Assembly (NCBI GenBank): GCA_039680575.1
Contig: JBDKSP010000058.1
Span: forward strand, 1-16,280
Direction of reading: 5' to 3'
Source of the DNA: Armatimonadota bacterium
Lineage (GTDB): Bacteria > Armatimonadota > UBA5829 > DTLH01
Length of the DNA: 16,280 nt
The notes under the pieces were generated by a model. It ran no database searches. It was given only the letters and a program-made list of their open reading frames with translations, and was not told where the DNA came from. Each line of letters starts with the position of its first letter. The first letter of the stretch is position 1. The position numbers were made by a program, and so were the translations under genes. Positions 8,108 through 15,100 of the stretch are shown one piece after another.

Positions 8108-8194
8108 TTACACTCAAACCCAAAACTCCTCCGGAAGAGTTTTTGCTGAAATAATATTGCTTACTCGTTACATCAGCTGCAAAACTCTGTAGGT
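8108..8194 (+). repeat. Dispersed element, copy B, abutting the mraZ start
   Basis: Homologous to 7106-7187. Its 3' part GTTACATCAGCTGCAAAACTCTGTAGGT is nearly identical to 10239-10267. Confidence 0.8.
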
Positions 8195-8199
8195 AAAGC

Positions 8200-8643
8200 A
8201 TGTTTTCTGGAGCTTACGAGCATTCGGTAGATAATAAAGGGCGTACTGTCATCCCAGCGAAGTTCAGAGCTAAACTTGGGGAGAATTTTGTTCTCACCAG
8301 GGGCATGAACGGCTGCCTGTGGGTGTTTTCCGAGCGCGTCTGGCCGGATGTCCAGCAGAAGCTCACCCCCAAATCATTCCTCGATCAGAGTGGCATTATG
8401 CTGGAGCGATTTTTCCTTGGTTCGGCGGTGGAATGTTCACCGGACAGGCAGGGGCGTGTGGCGCTCCCGTCTCATTTGCTTAAACATGCCGCGATCGAAC
8501 CTGAAAGCGGCATCTGGATCGTCGGGTTGTCCGATAAGATCGAGATCTGGAGCAAGTCCAAGTGGGAAGAATTGAATGCCGGACTGACCGATGAGGTCCT
8601 TTCTAGACTTGCAACTGAAGCAGAGGGGACAGAGAAGGTCTAA
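8200..8643 (+). CDS. mraZ: Transcriptional regulator MraZ
   Basis: MFSGAYEHSVDNKGRTVIPAKFR, GCLWVF, RFF, DRQGRVALP and IVGLSDKIEIWS. Two SpoVT/AbrB repeats with DxxGR motifs; 147 aa. Confidence 0.96.
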   Translation: MFSGAYEHSVDNKGRTVIPAKFRAKLGENFVLTRGMNGCLWVFSERVWPDVQQKLTPKSFLDQSGIMLERFFLGSAVECSPDRQGRVALPSHLLKHAAIEPESGIWIVGLSDKIEIWSKSKWEELNAGLTDEVLSRLATEAEGTEKV

Positions 8644-8763
8644 GTAGTCTCCGTTTCTAGTAGCAGCTATGGGTAGAGTCCGGCTCTTGCAGAGCCGATG
8701 GCCGGCACGGAGACCGGCCACTACGTCAAGCTGGCCTGCTATTAAGACAGGATGTTACTTAGA
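8639..8763 (+). ncRNA. Candidate structured RNA (long stem capped by two hairpins) in the mraZ 3' region
   Basis: About 26 bp of irregular stem between 8639-8666 and 8736-8763. Inner GTAG/CTAC helix. Hairpins CGGCTCT/AGAGCCG and TGGCCGG/CCGGCCA. Several G-U pairs favour the + strand. Confidence 0.45.
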
Positions 8764-8773
8764 ATTCGGGGTA

Positions 8774-8801
8774 GCCAGCAGCAATCAGCCGTCAGCTTTC
8801 A
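8774..8801. repeat. Short heptamer tandem repeat (GCNNNCA x4)
   Basis: GCCAGCA GCAATCA GCCGTCA GCTTTCA. Confidence 0.5.
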
Positions 8802-8980
8802 GTGTTGAACCGCGAAATCCGCTAGAAACGCGTAATACGTGTTTCTATGTCATCAGAATCCACGTACATATACCGGTTATCAGTAAATCCGCTCAAAGGC
8901 TTCTCAAGTCCCATAAAACCTGTGGAAAATATTACTGGAGAGTCGAAACTGGACCATAATCGATTATGTAGGTGATAGGG

Positions 8981-9364
8981 ATGCTCAAGAGACGGAACGG
9001 ATTCACTCTAGTAGAGATAATGATCGTAGTAATGATAATCTCGGTGCTTTTGACGATAGCGATACCAAACTTTTTCAGAGCCAGGGAAGTATCACGGGCA
9101 AGGTCATGCCAGGGTAATCTCCGGTTGATTGCAAGCGCAAAAGAACAGTGGGCGATGGATAACAAGATGGGCAACAGCGACACGCCAACGAAGGAAGCTC
9201 TTGTGCCTGACTATATAAAAGGCGAAAGCGGTGTAATGCCTACTTGCCAGTCTGGTGGTGAATATACAATTGGCGATATGTCCACTTGGCCCGCTTGCAG
9301 TATTAGTCAAAACTCTACGGCTGATAAGGCCGATGACCACGTCTACTGGGAAGAAGGCGGCTAG
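8981..9364 (+). CDS. Type IV pilin/pseudopilin-like protein (prepilin N-terminal cleavage/methylation motif)
   Basis: MLKRRNG|FTLVEIMIVVMIISVLLTIAIPNF is a class III signal peptide with E5. C-terminal Cys pair. ATG 8981 follows an AGGTGA SD; the ORF track starts at GTG 8972. Confidence 0.92.
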   Translation: MLKRRNGFTLVEIMIVVMIISVLLTIAIPNFFRAREVSRARSCQGNLRLIASAKEQWAMDNKMGNSDTPTKEALVPDYIKGESGVMPTCQSGGEYTIGDMSTWPACSISQNSTADKADDHVYWEEGG

Positions 9365-9410
9365 GATCTCTCCGGTATTAGTCGCTTCTCTCTATATCCC
9401 CTGCTTCAAA

Positions 9411-9426
9411 TGGCATAGATTGTGCA
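9411..9426 (+). promoter_or_regulatory. Sigma54 (-24/-12) promoter of PEP-CTERM gene 1
   Basis: TGGCATAGATTGTGCA = GG-N10-GC, ending 21 nt before the ATG. Confidence 0.55.
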
Positions 9427-9447
9427 TAGGCAGAGGTGGGGGAATAG

Positions 9448-10056
9448 ATGATTCGGGTATTCTTTTTAGCTTTTGTAATAATTACCTCGATGATTGTCCC
9501 GGCTTCGGCAAGCGAGGCACTGTACGATGCAGGTTCTGCAGGTATCTGGGGGATAGTGCTTTGTGACGGTTCGGACGCCGAGGCGATAATTCAGCCATTC
9601 CATCCAAAAACCAGCGCATGGGCTGACAGAATAGGTGTCGCCATAGCAACCGCTTCAGACCCGAACCATATGGGGTTCAAGGTCACAATGACAGCAACAA
9701 GCCTCGTCACGGACATCCCCGGAAAGCGTATTGCCGGCAGTTGGACTATCTACCCAGTGTCTGGCGCTGCCCTGGTGTATTCATATATAGACATCGATCC
9801 TGTATATCTGGATTATAACGAGGTTTATGGCCTTGTAATAGAACCTGGAGACTCGCAGGTCTACGGTTCTGTAGCTTATTGTTTTGGAGGAGGCCTTGGT
9901 TGGTACACCAGCGATGATTGGCAGACTTGCTGCAGGCTGCCTTACAGGACTGCGGTCAGGGTCTACGGGACGCCTGTCCCCGAACCGGCAGGAATTCTTA
10001 TGCTTTTCTCCTCGTTGGCCGGTATGGGCTTATCTGTGACAAATAAACGGCGGTAA
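9448..10056 (+). CDS. PEP-CTERM sorting domain-containing secreted protein
   Basis: N-terminal signal peptide. C-terminus VPEPAGILMLFSSLAGMGLSVTNKRR (PEP, transmembrane segment, basic tail). Confidence 0.88.
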   Translation: MIRVFFLAFVIITSMIVPASASEALYDAGSAGIWGIVLCDGSDAEAIIQPFHPKTSAWADRIGVAIATASDPNHMGFKVTMTATSLVTDIPGKRIAGSWTIYPVSGAALVYSYIDIDPVYLDYNEVYGLVIEPGDSQVYGSVAYCFGGGLGWYTSDDWQTCCRLPYRTAVRVYGTPVPEPAGILMLFSSLAGMGLSVTNKRR

Positions 10057-10147
10057 ATTGGCCGTCAATAAGATCATTCCACCTGAAATCTGCCCGTTCT
10101 ACGCACGATAAAAATACCTGCTGCTAATTTTTGGATTTTTTGTTGAA

Positions 10148-10164
10148 CTGGCACTCTTTATGCA
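10148..10164 (+). promoter_or_regulatory. Sigma54 (-24/-12) promoter of PEP-CTERM gene 2
   Basis: CTGGCACTCTTTATGCA = GG-N10-GC, close to the YTGGCACG-N4-TTGCW consensus, with an AT-rich tract upstream. Confidence 0.7.
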
Positions 10165-10220
10165 ATGAAAAATAGTGATGAGTGAATCAGGCAATTCTAC
10201 CAGGAAGCAGTTCAGGCAGT

Positions 10221-10267
10221 TTATGTGTCCGTAGGATTGTTACATCAACTGCAAAAACTCTGTAGGT
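10221..10267 (+). repeat. Dispersed element, copy C, in the leader of PEP-CTERM gene 2
   Basis: The 5' 22 bp is the inverse of 7053-7074. The 3' 29 bp matches 8167-8194 with one mismatch and one indel. Confidence 0.85.
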
Positions 10268-10292
10268 TGTACATTTGATTCAAGGTGGTGAA

Positions 10293-11129
10293 ATGATGAG
10301 AAAGATCATAGTAATTGCTTCGATCATGATCGTAGCTCTAGCTGCAGTATCGGCGCAAGGCGCAAAAACTGCTAAGCGTTCGTTTCTGGTTTCTTCTGTT
10401 ACGACAGTCGATCAACTCGCACAGCAGATTATCGATGATGCCAATGTAGCTGCTCGTTATGCGAAGCACTATAGAATGTCTCGGAACGCGGTTGTAGATT
10501 ATTTCCAGAAAAACCTGCGGATCGGCAGGCTGACGAAGGATTATGAGACTACCGTTTACTGCATTCGGGATAAGACTGACATTACGATAGAGAAGCGGAC
10601 TCTTCCGGCAGGGAGTTATGTCTTCGTTTCAATGGATGGAACACCAGTGTTGGAAGGACGTACAGGCAACCCGCTCGGTGATTCCCTGCCTATGGTGATG
10701 CTTAGCGAGCCTGCTCCTACTGCAGGCTCGACACTGAAGAGCAGCCTATCAAGTGTCGACGGAACGGGAGCCCTGACTTCTACTGATGACGGTGTAATGA
10801 CGAAGGTCCTTGGAACACAGCCCTCCGAGTTGGGTGTGACCGCAGCCAGTGTTGGGGCGGTGGAACCGATGGTCGAGATCGTTTCAGCAATGCCGGTCAC
10901 TTCAGCTCCCAACGCTGCTCTAGGTGCGGCAAATCTGCGGATGCTCATTCCGGCAGCCGCGGTCCTCGGTGGCGCTGCGATAGCAGCCAACAGCGGCGGG
11001 GACAGCGGGACTTCTCCTTCTCCTGCGAACATTCCAGAGCCTATCAGCCTGATAACCCTGGCGCTTGGTGCTTCGGGAATAGCGCTGCCGGCGTTTAGGT
11101 GCATTAGGAAAGAGTTTAAAGAAAGATAA
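10293..11129 (+). CDS. PEP-CTERM protein with a DUF6777-like N-terminal domain
   Basis: Signal peptide MMRKIIVIASIMIVALAAVSAQG after an AAGGTGGTG SD (the ORF track starts at TTG 10275). LPAGSYVFVSMDGTPVLEGRTGNPL resembles DUF6777. Ser/Thr/Pro/Ala linker. C-terminal IPEP, transmembrane segment and RKEFKER. Confidence 0.85.
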   Translation: MMRKIIVIASIMIVALAAVSAQGAKTAKRSFLVSSVTTVDQLAQQIIDDANVAARYAKHYRMSRNAVVDYFQKNLRIGRLTKDYETTVYCIRDKTDITIEKRTLPAGSYVFVSMDGTPVLEGRTGNPLGDSLPMVMLSEPAPTAGSTLKSSLSSVDGTGALTSTDDGVMTKVLGTQPSELGVTAASVGAVEPMVEIVSAMPVTSAPNAALGAANLRMLIPAAAVLGGAAIAANSGGDSGTSPSPANIPEPISLITLALGASGIALPAFRCIRKEFKER

Positions 11130-11132
11130 GAT

Positions 11133-11172
11133 AAAAGCTGCTCGGTGAAACTGATACCGAGCAGCTTTTTTT
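11133..11172 (+). terminator. Intrinsic (probably bidirectional) terminator
   Basis: AAAAGCTGCTCGGT-N9-ACCGAGCAGCTTTT followed by further Ts, immediately after the stop codon. Confidence 0.92.
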
Positions 11173-11588
11173 AGGTTGGTACCCTTGTTGCAGATACGTC
11201 CCTGACCCTCGATAAGATCTAATAGGTTTCAGGTATACGATTGGTTGCTAAGAGAATAGCCGAATATCCGTGGATGTGAGTCCCTTATGAGTCATTCTGA
11301 AAGAATATAGGATAATATTGGTATATATTTGGATGTTAAGCTAACAGCCAAAATACGTATACATAAATGCATCATAAACTCAAGCATTATATGACCAAAA
11401 TATCTGAATAGGGGCTAATTTGCTATCTACAAGTGGCATATTCCACATAAGAGCAGAAACAGAAACCGCTGGGCGGAGAGCTCAATGCGTTCATTATCTT
11501 TGCACGGAAGCAGCTAAGCAATACTTGCATAATGCAATTATATTGCGAAAACCTGGCATGCTATGATAATTTATTACAAAATACCAGC

Positions 11589-11619
11589 TTGACATGCCGA
11601 TTTCAGCATGGTATATAGT
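11589..11619 (+). promoter_or_regulatory. Putative sigma70 promoter for the downstream giant gene, with a dyad in the spacer
   Basis: TTGACA followed by TATATA (17-bp spacer, TGn) or TATAGT (19-bp spacer). Dyad CATGCCGA-TT-TCAGCATG at 11593-11610. Confidence 0.5.
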
Positions 11620-12113
11620 AATTGAATTAAACGTGTTGTGTGGTTATTTATCAATTATTTACAATCATAATCAACAACGCCTGCTGAGATTATCGCAGGT
11701 GAAGTAGTTGAAGTATCGACGGAGATCTACAGCACTTCAAATGATGTTTAGCGTTCTGATGAGTATCGGTAATGGCCGGTCCGACGTCCCTCCTAACATT
11801 CTATGGTCGGGAAAGGGGCTCAACCACATTCAGATCAACAGCAAAAGCATTACTGTAAGAGTAGTTAGGCAGGGTGATAAGACTTCGCCGAGATAACTTG
11901 GCATTTCTCCACTAACCAAACATCCTTCATTGGAGTGAAGAACCAAATCCTGAATACATCTCACCGCCGCGTATTCCGCAAGACGTAGTGGCCGGACGGA
12001 ATAAAATACCCTGAGGTTGACCGTAACCTGAACCGATTATTGAAGAGGTTAGGAAGAGGCGGCCGACGTGGCAACTTTAATAGCCTAAGTAACAATGAGG
12101 AGGCGAAAGGAAA

Positions 12114-15100
12114 ATGCGTAGAAATCTACGTAAATCAGTGTATAAAATTACGCTGATCTCATCGATGATGATGGTCCTCATCCTTTGTGCCGGAGTATCG
12201 TTCGCACAAACGGATTGGACACAGTGGCATTATTATGTCAATGTCGATGTAAACACCGGACCGTATGCGAGAACAGCTACTCCGGTGGAGATGAAAATTA
12301 ACTTTACCAATTATCTTAGTGGTACTACTTTAAACCCGAACTCAGTAAGAGTCGTGGAGTTTGCAAACGGTAATAGAACAGGTACACCGGTAGAGGTATA
12401 CAGCCAGTTCGACCAGGGCTCCGGGTTCGATGCAACTGCAAATGCAGCCGGAGAGGTAGTATGGATCTTAAGAGGAACACCTACTGATCCTAATACTACT
12501 GGTCTAGAAACCGGTGCGGGGCAAACAAGATATTATAGAGTCTATTTCGACTCCAACACCGCCATTGAAGCCCCGCAATACACCACTGACCTCACTTATG
12601 ATTCAAGCACTGCCGGATACCCCGCAATAGCGAACGATGCCTATAAAGCAACAATCTACCAGGCTAGAGCTACTATCTATAAACTGGAGAACAAGCTCAC
12701 TGGTGCGATGATGTGGAATGCTACAGCTACTACAATCCCTAATGGATCTGTGCCTACTGATAACATCGGTATGTATTATGGAGTTAACTATTATCCGGAT
12801 GGTAAGTGTTTCGGATGCGTCAACTCTGGTGCAAGCCTTGCAGTCTCCGCAAATAAAGCGGTCAGAGTTACCTATACCACCTACAAGACATTCAGTGCTT
12901 TCTGTGCAGTCAACTGGGTAATGAAGTTCTATGCGGGAGGAGTCCCTTACTTCAAAAACGAAGCCCGGATATCCAAATCTGGCAGCGATGCGGCTTGGCA
13001 GAACCTGCAGATTTATTATAACGACAGCAGCAGCACAAAAAGAACTGTATGTAATGAAGACACTGTGGCAAATCCTATTAATACGTCTCTTAAGATGCCC
13101 ATGTCTGTAGTGTATGATTACGATGCAGCCGGAGTCAACGGAGGGATAGGCCACCTGATGGGTGGAGACACTACTATTACCAACTCTGCGGCTTATAATA
13201 CCAGTGGGTCATTGCGTTTACTTGATTCGTATCTTGACCGGGGAGCCTACTGGAAATTTGTCAACAACCCCTGGATACCGGCAACATTGAATAACGCAGT
13301 GATGGTCCACAATGGAACTGACCAGGCAACTGCAAAAGCCGCAGTAGACAAAAGCGTTGAAGATTACGGCTACCCCGTCAAGATAATGATAGTGGGAAGC
13401 AGTAATAACTCCACAAGTTACGGATCCATCGGCGGTAAAGTGACTGATGCAGCCGACGCAAGTAAGGCTGTTAAGGGTGTAATGGTAAGACTGTGGGTAA
13501 ATGATGCCTACGTCGGGAAGACCTACACCTCAGCGATCGGTGACTATTCATTCTCCAATGTTCCCACAGGAACAGCAAAGATCAGCGTCAAGTGTGACGG
13601 ATACGAAACATTGGTAGTAACCGGCGAGACAATTGCAGCCGGAACAGCGGCTACTAAGGACATTTCCCTTCCGTCTATCATATTTGCAAGTCCAGTAAAG
13701 TTCATAAACCTGAAGAACACTACTGCAGATGGGACATGGAAGCTCATCACGGATGATGTTTGCAAGATATATAACTCAACCCTTGCAACCACAACTCCTG
13801 AGGAGATCACTGCACTTGCAGGACTTACTCTTGATTCTTCAATCACCACTCATGATGTTACAGTGCCTAGTGCCGGCACTACTGGATGGAATAATTTCCA
13901 GCCGGCGGCGAATGATGTCTACGGGTGGTATCGCGCCATAGTCAATATTCCTGCTGATTGGGCCGGAAAGAACCTGAGGCTCAGGGGTTTCGCCGTCGAT
14001 AATTCAGCTGAAGCCTACTTCAACGGCGTCTATTCCGGACGCACAAGCGCTTTCGGCGCCGCCAACGGGCATGGCTGTCCCGCTGACTTCAGAATCCCTG
14101 CCAGCGCAGTCAACCCCGGCGAAGCCAATATACTTGCGATCAAGTGCTATAATAACGGCAACGCTGGTGGGATTTACTGGGGCGTTCCTATCCTTGAGGT
14201 TGCTGCTGACACAGCGGCTGTGACCGTGAATGTCAAAGGTCCCCAGCTTGATACGTGGAACGAACCCGCAGTTCCGATCCAGGGAGCTACAATAAAGTTC
14301 CTCGGTGTGACAGCCGGTGGTAAGGATGCAATAGCCGGTACGACAGACGCGAACGGCAACTGCACGTTTATCTCAATTCCAGGTGATGTTTACACTGTAA
14401 CAATCAGCCATCCCAACTATGGGACGAAGACGCTTACAAACGTTGATGTCCCTGATACCGGAGAGCTTTCTATCCCGGTTACGTACGATTATTTCCTTTG
14501 CACGGTAGCAGGCACAGTTACGCAGAATAACGCGCCGCTTGCCAATGCCCGTGTGTTTATTTCCAATGGCGACGCCTATGCAACAGCTCTAACGGGCGCC
14601 GATGGTACTTATAGTGCGTCAGGCCTAAAGCCTGGAGACTGCCTGTTCTCAGTCAATGCGCTGAGATCTATTCCGGTAACGGATGAACCGATCACAGTGA
14701 GATTACATCAGGTAGCAAAGAGTGTCGACCTGCCATGCGGGGTCACTCCTGTATATGACGACTTCTCAGGAGTCTCACTTGATACGAATAAGTGGGAATA
14801 CTTCAATTCAGCGCCTGCTGCCGGCTACGAATCAACCAATTCAACAGCCGCATTAGCTGATGGTATACTGAAGCTGGAGCCCGTGCCGGTAAGAGGCGGT
14901 ATCATAAGCAAATCGACATTCCCTAAGTGTGGAACATATGAAGTAGTATTCCCCAAAATGTATGAGGGAGTCGTAAATGCTTCCAACCAGTGCTTTGTCA
15001 TCATCAAGGACAAAGTTTCCGGCCACAAGAACATTGTTGATCTTCAGGATCAGCAGTATACTGCTGGCGCTACCCAGTCCAGAATAAAGGTCTTCTTCAA

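Noticed and set aside
8638..8764. Integron attC site (palindrome beginning at a TAA stop)
   Set aside because: The ends are GTCTAAG/CTTAGAA rather than the conserved AAC/GTT, there is no integrase, and no other gene is followed by a similar site.
8669..8959. 96-aa ORF between mraZ and the pilin
   Set aside because: No SD, it starts inside the predicted RNA structure, and the sequence is not protein-like; it is not rsmH or ftsL.
7106..10267. Dispersed repeats as a CRISPR array
   Set aside because: The copies are kilobases apart, degenerate and in mixed orientation, with no repeat-spacer periodicity.
11756..11790. Hammerhead ribozyme (CTGATGAG followed by a small hairpin)
   Set aside because: The hairpin is followed by CCGACG rather than the required GAAA, and no stems I and III were found.
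11708..11896. 62-aa ORF in the long intergenic region
   Set aside because: TTG start without a good SD and no recognisable motif.
11625..12113. Known riboswitch or housekeeping RNA (c-di-GMP I/II, c-di-AMP, cobalamin, tmRNA, RNase P, group II intron domain V)
   Set aside because: I could not find their conserved sequence signatures by eye.
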